Shown here: positions 1 through 13,462 of the stretch, one piece after another
Position numbering within the stretch: the stretch's first letter is position 1
Layout: every line of letters starts with the position of its first letter
Source: Mobula hypostoma
Taxonomy: Eukaryota
Length of the DNA: 64,000 nt
Assembly: GCF_963921235.1 (NCBI RefSeq)
Contig: NC_086097.1
Coordinates: forward strand, 83,268,001-83,332,000
Reading direction: 5' to 3'
Notes under the pieces: model-generated
Seen by the model: the letters and a program-made list of their open reading frames with translations, nothing else
Told to the model about the DNA's origin: nothing
Databases searched by the model: none
Translations under genes and position numbers: made by a program

Positions 1-602
1 ATTTCTAATCGATGTCTGGCTGTTAATTTACAATTAGATGTACTCGTGTACACATTGAATGAATCAATTTTGTTTTTAAAGTTGTTGGCTTGCTTTGATT
101 TGTTATTTTTTTTATCATCTTACATTATTCCATTTCCCGTGGGGGTAAGTAGTTGGCTCAATGATAATTGTTGATTCAACCATGACCTCATCAAACTCTG
201 CAAAGACTCCTCATTTAAAAGAACATTGTAATTAGGATTGTTATGCCTTGAGATTAGTCTGTATAAATATTAGCCTACAATTATTTGATGGATTTGTATG
301 AGATTTCCATGCTTCAAATAACTAGGTTCATAACTCCATTGAAGTTCAAGATAAAGGGACTTCACTAATGTTCAGAAAATCTAGTTTGAAGATGTTCATT
401 ATCCCTGAGGAATTTGACTTTGATGAAGGTAAATAAAATGCCCTTTATTCAGTTTGGAATTGTTTTTTTCTTCAACTGTCTATCTCTGCAGTGATGCAAA
501 ATATTCAAACACGAACTTCAGTGCATACAGTCTGACATGAAAGCACTGTGAGAACCCACTAAAAATGATAGAAGACTTGTCCTACTGCTAGGAACAACCA
601 AG

Positions 603-2111
603 CCACATGTGCAAAATGCTGGATGAACTCAGCAGGCCAAGCAGAATTTATGGAAAAAAGTACAGTTGACGTTTGAGGCCAAGGCACTTAGGCAGGACTT
701 GGGGGGTAAAAAAGATGAATAGATTTAAAAGGTGGGGGAGGGGAGAGAGAAACATAAGGTGATAGGTGAAACCAGGAGGGAGAGGGATGAAGTAAAGAGC
801 TAGGAAGTTGATTGGTGAAAGAGATAAAGAGAAGAAGGAGGAGTCTGATAGGAGAGAACAGAAGGCCATGGAAGAAAGAAAAGGAGGGAGGAGCATCAGA
901 GGGGGGCAGTGGGCAAACAAGGAGATAAGGTGAGAGGGGGGAAAAGAAAATGGAGAATTCTGAAGGGGGGAGGGGGTAGCCATTACTGGAAGTTCAAGAA
1001 ATCGATGTTCATGCCATCAGATTGGGGGCTACCCAGACGGAACATAAGGTGTAGCTCCTCCAACCTGAGTGTGGCCTCATCGCAACAGTAGAGGAGGCCG
1101 CCATGGATTGACATAACGGAATGGGAAGTGAAATTAAAATGGGTGGCCACTGGGAGATCCCACTTCTTCTGGTAGATGGTGTGTAGATGCCAGGAAAACA
1201 GTCTCACCGATATACAGAAGGCCACACTGGGAGCACCGGACACACTATATACCCCAACAGACTCTCAGATGAAGTGTCGCCTCATCTGGAAGGACTGCTT
1301 AGAGCCCTGAATGGTAGTGAGGGAGGGAGTGTAGGGGCAGGTGTAGCCCTTGTCCCACTTGCAAGTATAAGTGCCAGGAGGGAGATCAGTGGGGAGGGAT
1401 GAATGGACAAGGGAGTAGTGTAGGGAGTGATCCCTGCTGAAAGCAGCTAGTGGATGGAGGGAAACATATGCTTGGTGATGAGATCCCATTGGAGATGGCG
1501 GAAGTTCTGGAGACTTATGAGCTGGACAGGGAGCCTGGTGGGATGGTAGGTGAGGACAAGAGAAACCCTATCCCTGGTAGGGAGGCGGGAGGATGGGATA
1601 AGAGCAGAAATACATGAAATGGAAGAGATGTAGTTGAGGACCGCATTGATGGCGGAGGAAGGGAAGCCCCTTTCTTTGAAAAAGGAGGACCTCTCCTTCA
1701 CTCCAGAATAAAAAAAACCTCATCCTGAGAGCAAATGTCGTAGAGACGGAAGAATTGAGAGAAGGGGATGGGGTTTTTACAAGTAACAGGGCGAGAAGAG
1801 GTATCACCCAGGTAACTGGGAGAAGCTGTAGGTTTATAATAGATATCAGTGGATAAGCTGTCTCCAGAGATAGAGACAGTAAGATCAAGAAAGAAGGGAG
1901 GTGTTGGAAATGGACAAAGTTAAATTTGGGAGCAGGATGGAGGTTGGTGGCAAAGTTGGTGAAGTCGATGACCTCCGCGTGGGTGCAGGAAGCAGCACCA
2001 ATGCAGTCAGCGATGTAGTGTAGGGAAAGTGGGGGACGGACACCACCGTGGGCTTGGAACATAGACTGTTCCAGTTAGCCGACAAAAATGTAAGCATAGC
2101 TGGGACCCATG
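603..2111 (-). mobile_element. Penelope-like retroelement (Neptune-type), 5'-truncated; decayed RT C-terminus, Cys linker, GIY-YIG endonuclease and 3' terminus
   Basis: Minus-strand frames give FKERGFPSSAIN..RDRVSLVLTYHP, DLPPGTYTCKWDKGYTCP and DLPVATHFN..LRLEELHLMFRLGSPQSDGMNIDF. Frameshifted. Terminus is shared with the other PLE copies in the window. Confidence 0.9.
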
Positions 2112-2763
2112 CAAGGGCCCACTTTGATGAGCCATGTCAAATTTTAACTGAACTATAATGGGTAAGGAGAAACCTTGAATACAATGAAAAAGATTGACTT
2201 CACTTATTTTTCTTTGGGACTATATTTCTGTAATGCTTTTTGCGGACAAAATAGATTTAACCAGTATCACTTCACTCAACTCACCTGCCACTCTGGTTTT
2301 CCTCTCCTGTGGAAAGCCATGGAATGTAGTGCACTACTTCTTGTGCTTAATGCTCAGTGTGTGTGGGAATCGTCCCTCTAAGTTATCTGATTACCAGTAT
2401 GAGTAAATTGGGCAAATGAGATCGAACTTGCTACTGGACAAGTTGAAAATGGGATGTTAATTTGTATTGGATGTGAAAGTCATGAAGGATCAAACTCTCC
2501 TTTTCCTCTGGTTTCATCCTTTACCATCTGGATTATTTCACAAGCTTTTTTCTACTTTCTGGTGCCATCCAACGGGCATGAGGTATATTATGCCTCTGTA
2601 GAGGTACATAGACAAATCCTGACTGCTCTCACTCATCCTTTTGACAATAATACATTTTAGCAACATGCAACCCTGAGTCTGGCAAGTTTTCTCTGTATAG
2701 GAATTTATTTTGTAATTTGTCATGATACCTGAATCACGCCTTGGTGATACTTCTGATGAAAGT

Positions 2764-2995
2764 GAGAAATCTGTGCAGCACTTCTGAAATCAAGTTAAGA
2801 GGAGAAATCTGTGCAGCACTTCTGAAATCAAGTTAAGAGGAGAAATCTGTGCAGCACTTCTGAAATCAAGTTAAGAGGAGAAATCTGTGCAGCACTTCTG
2901 AAATCAAGTTAAGAGGAGAAATCTGTGCAGCACTTCTGAAATCAAGTTAAGAGGAGAAATCTGTGCAGCACTTCTGAAATCAAGTTAAGAGGAGA
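2764..2995. repeat. Perfect tandem repeat (minisatellite), 38-bp unit x6
   Basis: GAGAAATCTGTGCAGCACTTCTGAAATCAAGTTAAGAG occurs six times head-to-tail (starts 2764, 2802, 2840, 2878, 2916, 2954) with no spacers. Confidence 0.97.
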
Positions 2996-4215
2996 CCAGA
3001 AAGTGAGCTGATAATATAAGAACCATTAGTAAAGATTTCTATTGGCAACATGAAGTTAAAATATGGTGGGTTTCTCTTTTATAGACCAAATGAGCTATGA
3101 AATTGTGAATGAATGACGTTATGAAGGAGGATAGAACGTAGTGTTAACCAGTGGGCTAAGTGTGAAAATGAGCTGACCATGGCACACCCCATGTCTGTGA
3201 GAAATTAAATTATTTAGATTGATTATTGAAACAACAGGGATTGAGAACATTTACAACTTGATTAAAAGTTCAATGACACAATCACACCCCATGCTCTCCC
3301 AATTTTAAACTTCATTGACTTTTAATGATATTTACTGGACTCAGTGAAAATGAAAATTGAATCTTCCATAGTGTTACATGAAAGAAATTATTTCTGATAA
3401 AAGGAACCAGTTACCTCTAACTATATGATGTACATAAACCAGTCATGATTGGCCTATATTTTTGCAAAAGGAGATAGTGAATGGTGTAGACTTTGCTAGA
3501 ATCAGTATTTTGAGCTGTTTATAGGGAGAATAAAAACAAGCACATACCATCTTATGGTTTAAACACCTATGGTACTTTTTTGATCTGCAGAGCACTTTAT
3601 AAGAATGCTTCCTTTTATTGAGCATTAACAACTATGCATGTTTTTTTTGGTAGTCCATTATTAATTCCAGTTTAACCAAGTGGATCCTTTTGCATGTAAG
3701 CAGTTTGTTAAACGACAAGGCTTTTAAAATGTATTCCACGTTACCACACACAAAGGGCTTGTTTCTTGGGCTTGTGTTTTCTGCATTTCAAAGCACATGA
3801 GCATCTGGTTTTACTTTTCAAACATTTGGTGTCAGTGTTCTGTCTGATAAAAGGTTTTTAATTCTAATATAAGCCAACAGGGAGAAAATTTAAGATAATA
3901 TAAAACCATTTATTTTCAAACAAGGTTTCAGGATCTTTGTTCATCAATATCATATTGTGTGCATAGTCCAGCATTTCCACCTCTCACGCAGAATACTGAG
4001 TATATTGTCAGCATGAATTGGCAAAAGGCCACTGAGATGATTTAAGGTCACCACCCTAGGGCATGCTACCCTGTGGAAAAGCAACAGTAATAAAACTCAC
4101 TGTAGGCTAAAGCATGAACAGTGCAGCCCACTCTTGAACAATCTTGTAGAACGAATTACATTTTAAGCACAAATTGAAAAGAGTACACTTCAAGATCCTA
4201 AAAGTGTTTTTAGGT

Positions 4216-4571
4216 AACACACATAAAAGTTGCTGGTGAACGCAGCAGGCCAGGCAGCATCTCTGGGAAGAGGTACAGTCAACGTTTCGGGCCGAGACCC
4301 TTCGTCAGGACTAACTGAAAGAAAAGCTAGTAAGAGATTTGAGAGGGGGAGGGAGAGGGGGAGATCCAAAATGATAGGAGAAGACAGGAGGGGGAGGGAT
4401 GGAGCCAAGAGCTGGACAGATGATTGGCAAAAGGGATATGAGAGGATCATGGGACAGGAGGCCTAAGGAGAAAAAAAGGGGGAGGGGGGTACCCAGAGGA
4501 TGGGCAAGGGATGTAGTGAGAGGGACAGAGGGAGAAAAAGGAGAGAGAGAAAAAGAATGTGTGTGTATATA

Positions 4572-4619
<48 letters not shown>

Positions 4620-4906
4620 AGATTGGGTACGAGGGGGAGGTGGGGCATTAGCAGAAGTTTGAGAAGTCAAGGTTCATGCCATCAGGTTGGAGGCTACCCA
4701 GACGGAATATAAGGTATTGTTCCTCCAACCTGAGTGTGGCTTCATCTTTACAGTAGAGGAGGCCGTGGATAGACATATCAGAATGGGAATGGGACGTGGA
4801 ATTAAAATGTGTGGCCACTGGGAGCTCCTGCTTTCTCTGGCAGACAGAGCGTAGGTGTTCAGCGAAACGATCTCCCAGTCTGCGTCGGGTCTCACCAATA
4901 TATGTT
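4216..4906 (-). mobile_element. Penelope-like element 3' fragment (GIY-YIG tail and terminus) with 15-bp TSD
   Basis: ORF 4648-4956 contains YIGETRRRLGDRFAEHLRS..PVATHFNS..LGSLQPDGMNLDF. AAAGTGTTTTTAGGT is duplicated at 4201-4215 and 4907-4921. Internal (TG)n/(TA)n tract at ~4558-4612. Confidence 0.93.
4276..4312 (-). ncRNA. Putative minimal hammerhead ribozyme in PLE terminus
   Basis: Minus strand reads agtc-CTGACGA-A-GGGTCTCGGCCC-GAAA-CG-TT-gact: core boxes intact, helix II hairpin, 4-bp helix I. Confidence 0.7.
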
Positions 4907-6399
4907 AAAGTGTTTTTAGGTTCTCTTTTTTTTAAAATATTGCAGAGGCACTTCACAAAGTATCATGTGCAACAGCTTAGAGAAATGTCGGACCCTGAAC
5001 TCCTGGCTCCAGCGGTAGCCATGATCTTGGTGCAATTCCCTGCAGTTACAATGAGAATTGTGGCGTTGAGATCTTGTAGAGCTTGCCTACTGTGCCAGAC
5101 AAGGCTCATAGGCAATCTTGCTTCAATATTCCTATTAAAATGAAGGTTTACACAATAGATGAGTAGTCAAGTCATGTAATTAAAACAGACTATCTGATCA
5201 TTGTTATGATGCTTTTTATAAGAGGCCATGTTGTTCAAAATTTTGTCTCCTTCAACATTACAGTACTGACAGTGTTTCAAGGTGCATGATCTATATTGTA
5301 AAGACCTTGGGAATGTCCATAGAGGTTTAAAAAATAATTATTCTTCCAGTGAAGATGCTTGCCAATGGATGTAAAAGAAGTCTTAAATAAATAAAACCAT
5401 TTGGAGTGATCAGCACATTTAAAAGGCATTTGGGTAAGTATGTGATAGGGAAGGTTGAGAGGGATTTGGAACATGTCGGCATGGATGAATTGAGCAAAGG
5501 ATTTCTTTCTATGTTACATTGCTTTATGACTCTATAACATTGTGTTGTAATAAGTTGGATTGATCAACTTTTCAGGAACCATCAAGAAGTCTTAAAACTG
5601 ATTTAGTTGTTGCACCAAGACAAACTGAATAGATGAAAAGGATTTATTTTGGCAATAACAAGGAAAAGTTGCTGCTAATAGCTTCAAGCTTTACTCTGAC
5701 AAATTAATCTTTCTCCAACTTGTCGAATCTTATTCCCATTCTTCTTCGTGTCTACCTTTTGTATTTTACTCATTTTATTTTCCTTTTCATTCTCTTGTTG
5801 TCTTCTCTTTTGTATGAGCATACTGTATTTTCACTAACACTCTTATGTTGTTGAGCTTTGCTGTTTTTACTCGGATTTTGCTTCCCTCTTGTCCTTTTGC
5901 TAAAATACGAGCCTAAGTACAAACATCAATAATGAGATGGCCATTTGACCCCTTCAGTTTGATCTACCGTTTAATAAAACTATGGTGAACCCGATTATAA
6001 CTTTTTATTGTCTTGCTTATCAAGAATGTATCTTCCTTTGCCTTAAAAATATTCTAAAAAAAATTAAAAACTCTGCTTCTATCATAGTTTGAGGTAGAGT
6101 TTTCCAAAGACCTGCAATCCTTGGGGAAATAAATCTCACCCCACCTTTCTCTGAAATGACCATTTGTGTTTAAACAGCGTTCTTCTAGTTTGATACCCTC
6201 CCATAAGGGCAAGGTGATGAAAGGTTACTGGGGGGTAGAATCTGATCAACCAGACTACAGTCAGATCAGCTATGACATTATTAAATGGCCGATCAGATTT
6301 GAGGAACCAAATGGCCTACTCCTGGTCCTAATTCATATATTTGTATTTAGATTTGTGTTAAAGCAAAACAATTATCTGTCAAGAATTTTCAGGATCAAA

Positions 6400-6680
6400 T
6401 GTGTTTCAATCATGTTCCTTCTCACTCTTAATTCCAAAAGATACAAGCCTAGCCTGTCCAAGGTTTCCTCATAAGGCACCCTACCTGTTCCAGGTATCAG
6501 TCTTTCCTGCATTAACATCCTATTTGCCAGCCAAACCCCCATCCATTCCAGTATGTTACTTCCTACACCATGTAATTTTTCACAATAGCCTTTGTTTCAA
6601 CACTTTGTCACTTGCTTTCTGGAGTATATCCACTAGTTCCCCATTAACCACACCATTTCTTACTGCTTCAAAGAACTGTC
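6400..6680 (-). mobile_element. Old degenerate CR1 reverse-transcriptase fragment
   Basis: Manual minus-strand translation FFEAVRNGVVNGELVDILQKASDKVLKQRLL*KI resembles the CR1 motif FF..V...VD.G..VD..Y.DF.KAFDKV.H.RL..K seen at 9790-10878. Confidence 0.55.
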
Positions 6681-8889
6681 TTCTCTTTTCTCTCCCATTT
6701 TCAGTACTACTGCTTTATTCAGATTTGTTTCTTTTCCTTCTTCATTCCATTCTTCTCCATCGAATGCAGCAGGTGCATGAATTGCTAAAGGCTTGTATAC
6801 AGGGACAATAAGTCATTCTCCAGCTTCTGTTCTTATCTGTGCTCCCATATTCTCCCCACTTTTTATGCCTTCTCACTGTCCTTTCTCATTCTGTTTATTC
6901 TCCTTCCCCTTGTTTCTTTCGTTCCTCATGCATCAATTACCTCCTGCAATTCCTTTCTCTTCTCTCCCCATCCTATTCTTCCATAACTCGCGATGTTCTC
7001 AAGCCTCTTTTTTTTCCCTTGCTATCATCCTCATTCCATTCTCTTCTCCTTCCATCCTCTTCCTTCTCCCCTCCCCACCTCCTGCCCCACTCTTCACCAA
7101 CTCCATTATCTTTGATCTCCACCGCATGTTTTAGATTTATGGGAAACTTGCAGTTTAAAATAGGATTGTGTTTGAACCATTTCTCCCAGATTAAGCAGCC
7201 GTTTATCCATAATATACAACTGCATTCAGTCCAACATACGGACAGAGTGACAAATCCGCCAAGAATTTCCATTAGTCTTGTTAACTGTTGGCACTTCATT
7301 TGATCCCTTTTGTCTTTATTTTATTGCCTTCATCACATAGAGTAATTGATAGTGCAAGTGAGTGTTGGTTTGGTTCCAAGATTAACAATGGTGTGAACTG
7401 GAGTGAAATATGAATTTCACACAAAACAATTTGCATCAACATCTGTCTGTGAGCCAATTTTACCACTGCCTTGCATCAGTGCAAAGTGGATTTCATTATA
7501 TGCTGATACACAGCAGCACTTGTTAAACTGATTTATGTTCACTTGAGGGGTGGAGGAGTGAAAATACTTGGCGGGATAACATACTTGGTTTTTCATTGGT
7601 AGAAGTATGGAGGCTGGTATAAGATCAGATTTTTAAAAATAGAAAACAAATAAAATTGGAATCTGAAGTAAAACAAGTGCTGGAACAACTCAGCCACTCA
7701 AGTAAGATCTGGAATGTTAGAATGTGAGTCAGTGGGCTTTTTGTCTAGGCTGAAATTCCCATCAAATTTCATCTATCACTTGATCCCTATCAATTAGCTC
7801 ACATGCCCAAGTCCTCACTTAGATCATAAGATAATAAGGCAAAAAAAAGGAAGAATTGAGTGGTGACTGACAAGGTTTAAATTCAATCAAATCATTCTAT
7901 TGTATGTTAACTTTTAGGCAGTTTATTTCAAAGATATTTTGCTGAATTCAAAATGCGCCCTTGACCCCTTGGCAGAGTGTAGTATATTTTATTACGTGTT
8001 CAGAGAAACCAATGGCATAGACCCCTCCTCTTTCTTCGTAAGAAACTGACATAGTTCTCTATGTGATGTCGAGACAGCAGATAATACCTACATGTTAGAC
8101 TGTTGAGGCCCACTGGGGAACAGAAAATGATCGGTGGTGTCAGTTTGCCTCCATGTCAGGTAATGCCATTTGTAAATTCGTTCAATTTACAAATTGAGAA
8201 CTTTCAATAAATGCTGAAGACAGTTTTTAAGAGACATTAGACAGCCACATTAGTAGGCAAGTCATAGAAGGAAAAGGCTGTTATGCGGAGAAAATGGGAT
8301 TAGTGTAGTTGTGCAAAAAAGGTGACATGAACTTGGAGGCTGAAAGTTCTTTTCCGTTTTGTGCAACTCTGACTCTATGACACTGTTGTCTCCTTAAATC
8401 CAGAAATTCCAGTTTCCAGCAAAGATATTGGAATTGATGGAGGAAAATTAAATACACACAACTGATTTATAGAATGGAGAGTAATCTCTGCAGAATGCTG
8501 GCTCAAAACATGCAAAACCCCATCTGTTTTTATTTCTTAATATGTTTTGGCATAGTTTACATAAAGTTCCTTGATTATATCATCTAATTTTCCACGATTA
8601 ATATTTGAGAAATACATTTGTATGAAAAAGCAATTGTTCCTTACCCACTGCTCCCCAACCCCAGTCCTTTCAAAGACTTGGAAGCAGGAAAGTCCCAAAT
8701 TATTTTTTTTCCAATATTGAAATGAGATTCCTATATATAACCATATAACAATTACTGCACGGAAACAGGCCATCTCAGCCCTTCTAGTCCGTGCCGAACT
8801 CTTACCCTATCCTCGTCCCACTGACCTGCACTCAGCCTATAACCCTCCATTCCTTTCCTGTCCATATATCTATCCAATTTAACTTTAAA

Positions 8890-11741
8890 CTACAACATAG
8901 AACCTGCCTCAACCACTTCTGCTGGAAGCTCATTCCACACAGCTACCACTCTCTGAGTAAAGAAGTTCCCCCTCATGTTGCCCCTAAACTTTTGTCCTCT
9001 AACTCTCAACCCATGTCCTCTTTGAATCTTCCCTACTCTCAATGGAAAAAGTCTAACCACGTCAACTCTATCTATCTCCCTCATAATTTTAAACACCTCT
9101 ATCAAGTCCCCCCTCAACCTTCTACGCTCCAAAGAATAAAGACCTAATTTGTTCAACCTTTCTCTGTAACTTAGGAGATGAAACCCAGGCAACTTTTTAG
9201 TAAACATCCTCTGTACTCTCTCAATTTTATTGACATCTTTCCAATAACTCGGTGACCAGAACTGCACACAATACTCCAGATTTTGCCTTACCAATACCTT
9301 ATACAAATTCAACATTACATCCCAACTCCTATACTCAATGTTCTGATTAATAAAGGCCAGCAAACCAAAAGCTTTCTTCACCACCCTATCCACATGAGAT
9401 TCCATCTTCAGGGAACTATACACCATTATTCCTAGATCCCTCTGTTCTAAAGCACTCTTTAATGCCCTACCATTTACCATGTATGTCCTATTTTGATTAG
9501 TTCTACCAAAATATAGCACCTCACATTTATCAGCATTAAACTCCATCTGCCATCTTTCAGCCCATTCTTCTAACTGTCCTAAATCTCTCTGCGAGCCTTG
9601 AAAACCTACTTCATTATCCACAACGCCACCTATCTTAGTATCATCTGCATACTTACTAAACCAATTTACCATCCCATCCTCCTGATCATTAATATATATG
9701 ACAAACAACATTGGACCCAGTACAGATCCCTGAGGCACACAGCTACACACCGTCCTCCAATCTGACACACAGTTATCCACCACTACTCTCTAGCATCTCC
9801 CATCTAGCCACTGCTGAATCCATTTTGCTACTTCCATATTAATGCCTAACGATTGAACCTTCCTAACTAACCTTCCATGTGGAACCTTGTCAAAGGCCTT
9901 ACTGAAGTCCATATAGACAACATCCACTGTTTTACCCTCATCAACTTTCTTAGTAACCTCATCAAAAAATTCAATAAGATTTGTCAAACATGACCTTCCA
10001 CACACAAATCCATGTTGACTGTTCCTAATCAGACCCTGTCTATCCAGAAAATTATATATACCATCTCTAAGAATACTTTTCATCAATTTACCTACCACTG
10101 ATGTCAAACTCACAGGCCGATAATTGCCAGGTTTACTCTTAGAACCCTTTCTAAACAATGGAACCACATGAGCAATACGCCAATCCTGCGCCACCATCCC
10201 CGTTTCTAATGACATTTGAAATATTTCTGTCAGAGCCCCTGCTATTTCTACACTAACTTCCTGCAAAGTCCTAGGGAATATCTTGTCCGGACCCAGAGAC
10301 TTATCCACTTTTATATTCCTTAATAGCACCAGTACTTCCTCTTCTTTAATCGTCATTCTTTCCGTAACTATCCTAATTGCTTCCTTTACCTTATACAATT
10401 CAATATCTTTCTCCTTAGTGAATACTGAAGAAAAGAAATTGTTCAAAATCGTCCCCATCTCTTTTGGCTCCGCACATAGCCGTCCACTCTTATTCTCCAA
10501 GGGACCAATTTTATCCCTCACTCTCCTTTTGTTATTAATATAACTGTAGAAACCCTTTGGATTTATTTTCACCTTACTTGCCAAAGCAGCCTCGTATCTT
10601 CTTTTAGCTTTTCTAATTTCTTTCTTAAGATTCTTTTTACATTCTTTATATTCCTCGAGTACCTCATTAACTCCAAGCTGCCTATATTTATTGAAGATCC
10701 CTCTCTTTTTCTGAACCAAGTTTCTAATATCTCTTGAAAACCATGGCTCTCTCAAACTTTTAACCTTTCCGTTCAGCCTAACAGGAACATAAAGATTCTG
10801 AACCCTCAAAATTTCACCTTTAAATGACCTCCATTTCTCTGTTACATCCTTCCCATAAAACAAATTTTCCCAATCCATTCCTTCTAAATCCTTTCACACC
10901 TCCTCAAAGTTAGCCTTTCTCCAATCAAAAATCTCAATCCTAGGTCCAGTCCTATCCTTCTCCATAATTACACTGAAACTAATTGTATTGTGATCACTGG
11001 AGCCGAAGTGCTCCCCAACAAATACCTCGTCACCTGCCCTGTCTCATTCCCTAACAGGAGATCCAACACTGCCCCTTCTCTAGTTGGTACCTCTATGTAT
11101 TGCTTCAAAAAACTATCCTACACACATTTTACAAACTCCAAACCATCCAGCCCTTTTACAGAATGGGCTTCCTAGTCTATGCGTGGAAAATTAAAATCTC
11201 CCACAATCACAAGCTTGTGCTTACTACAAATATCTGCTATCTCCTTACAAATTTGCTCTTCCAGTTCTCGGTCCCCATTAGGTGGTCTATAATACACCCC
11301 TCTAAGTGTCACAACACCTTTCCTATTCCTCAATTCCACCCAAACAGCCTCCCTAGATGAGTCCACTAATCTATTCTACCAGAGCACTGCTGTTATATAA
11401 TCTCTGACAAGCAATGCAACACCTCCCCCTCTTGCCCCTCCTATTCTATCACACCTGAAGCAACGAAATCCTGAAATATTTAGTTGCCAATCACACCCCT
11501 CCTGCAACGACATTTCACTAATAGCTGCAACATCGTATTTCCAGGTATCAATCCATGCTCTAAGCTCATCTACCTTTCTTACAATGCTCCTAGCATTAAA
11601 ATAGATGCATTTAAGAAACTCTCCACCTCCCACTCTCTGTTTATCCTTAATTGAGCAAACAACCTTGTTATCTTCTTCTTCTTTTTCCCCTACATCAACC
11701 TCCCCTCTCCTAGTCTCCTTAATTTGATTCCCTTCCCCCAA
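8890..11741 (-). pseudogene. CR1 ORF2: APE endonuclease and reverse transcriptase (few in-frame stops and a frameshift)
   Basis: CIYFNARSI, RGGGVALLV, GVYYRPP, GDFNFP (APE); NYRPVSLTS, QHGF, YMDFSKAFDKVPH, VPQGSVLGP, KYADDTK, LERRRLRGDLIE (RT). Confidence 0.95.
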
Positions 11742-11861
11742 CCATTCTAGTTTAAAGTCACCTCAGTAGCCCTCGCAAATCTCCCCGCCAAGATATTGGT
11801 CCCCTATGATTCAATGTAACCCGTCCCCTTTGTACAGGTCATGCCTGCGCCAATAGTGGTC

Positions 11862-12675
11862 CTAATGATCCAAAAACCTGAATCTCTGCCCCTTGCTCCA
11901 ATCTCTCAGCCACGCATTTATCCTACATCTCATTGCATTCCTACTGTCACTGTCGCGTAGCACAGGCAGTAATCCCGAGATTACTACCTTTGTCGTCCTT
12001 TTTCTCAACTCCCTTCCTAACTTCCTATGTTCTTCTTTCAGGACCTCTCCCCTTTTCCAACCTATGTCATTGGTACCTATATGTACCACGACCTCTGGGT
12101 CCTCACCCTCCCACTTCAAGATCTCTTGGACGCGATCAGAAACATCCCCGAACCCTGGCACCAGGGAGGCAAACTACCATCCGGGTCTCCTGACTTCGTC
12201 CACAGAATCGTCTGTCTGACCCCCTAACTATTACTATTGCTCTCCTCTTCCGTTCCCTACCCTTCTGAGCTACAGGGCTGGTCTCTGTGCTGGAGGCACG
12301 GCCACTGTTGCTTCCCCCAGGTATGCTGTCCCCCCCAACAGTACTCAAACAGGAGTACCTATTGTCAAGGGGCACAGCCACAGCCACAGGGGTACTGTCT
12401 CTTACTTTATTCTTCCTATTCCCCCTCCTAACCGTGACCCAGTTGTCTGCCTCCCGTGGCCCTGGTGTGACCACCTGCCTGTAACTCCTCTCTATCACTT
12501 CCTCACTCTCCCTGACTAGACGAAGGTCATCGAGCTGCAGCTCCAGTTCCCTAACGCGGTCCCTTAGGAGCTGCATCTCGGCGCACCTGGCGCAGATGTG
12601 GACGTCCGGGAGGCTTGGAGATTCCAGAACCTCCCACATCCGGCACTGAGAACAACAAGCTGCCCTCACATTCAT
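11862..12675 (-). pseudogene. CR1 ORF1: zinc-finger/leucine-zipper plus SGNH esterase domain (frameshifted)
   Basis: CSQCRMW..HICARC..LRDRVRELELQLDDL followed by VVCLPGARV / DPEVVVHIGTNDIG..KVVISGLLPV..INAWLRDW. Confidence 0.85.
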
Positions 12676-13044
12676 ACTGCCCCTCTCCTCAAATAACAGT
12701 GAAAATAAAATGAATAACCGAACCCTCTTCGCCTCGCCCGTTTCTGCCTAAGCTCGTTTAGCCAAAGCCCTTAAGCCTTCACTCTGCTCCCGGCTCACTC
12801 CGCAGCCCGCAAACTCTGCTGCCCGCTATATAAGGCTGTGTTCCTTTTAAATCTTCCTTGTTTCACTTTAAATCTTCTTGCTAGTGGAGTAAACCATATT
12901 ATTTCTGTATGGTGCTTCCAATTTCAGTATTACTGCCAGCTGCTGAGGCTGTTCAAACAGTAAACATTTCTTGGGGGATCCATACAACTAGAAGACCAAG
13001 ATTATTTCACCAAAGTTTATTTTATTTTATTTATATTATTTCAC

Positions 13045-13148
13045 ACACAAAGTCCTGACGAAAGGTCTCAGCCCAAAACGTCGATTGCATCTCTTCCTAT
13101 AGATGCTGCCTGGCCTGCTGCGTTCACCAGCAACTTTGATGTGTGTTA
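13045..13148 (+). mobile_element. Isolated PLE terminus with mutated hammerhead motif
   Basis: agtcCTGACGAaaggtctcagcccAAAAcgtcgat..gatgctgcctggcctgctg matches the terminus at 4216-4312; the GAAA box is mutated. Confidence 0.75.
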
Positions 13149-13462
13149 CCTATATGCGCTATTAGGTGTATTGTGGAAATGACTGGAGCAGAAGTTATCA
13201 TTTTATTATTGCTTGACCTGGGGGGGAAAACTGTTCGTCCTTTTGCACAATCATGGAAATCCTTGCATCATTGTGTCTCTCAGCTGCTGAGATTTATGAG
13301 GTTTAGGACAGCTAGCTAGCTGTTGAATCATGGTTAAAACAAAGGCATGGAATCACAACTTCTCAGGAGCATTTGCTTGCCTTCCCTTGTCCCACCATTT
13401 TTAAAGCCAAAAGTGATTTTTGTTCCAAAAGGTTTTTTTTTGTTTTCACCCTCTGACACAAA

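Larger units (their letters stand above)
8747..12890 (-). mobile_element. Near-full-length CR1-clade LINE (HER1-like)
   Basis: Colinear 5'UTR, ORF1, APE endonuclease, RT and 3'UTR over ~4.1 kb. Possible 8-bp flanking duplication AACCATAT at 8739-8746 and 12892-12899. Confidence 0.93.

Noticed and set aside
663..700. Hammerhead motifs in the PLE copies at 663-700 and 19260-19295
   Set aside because: Core nucleotides are mutated, so these were not called as ribozymes.
2764..2995. CRISPR-like array (38-bp repeats)
   Set aside because: The repeats are contiguous with no spacers, there are no cas genes, and the context is eukaryotic.
6401..7303. Hydrophobic plus-strand ORFs resembling membrane proteins
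   Set aside because: Pyrimidine-rich sequence, partly antisense to a decayed CR1; no recognisable domain.
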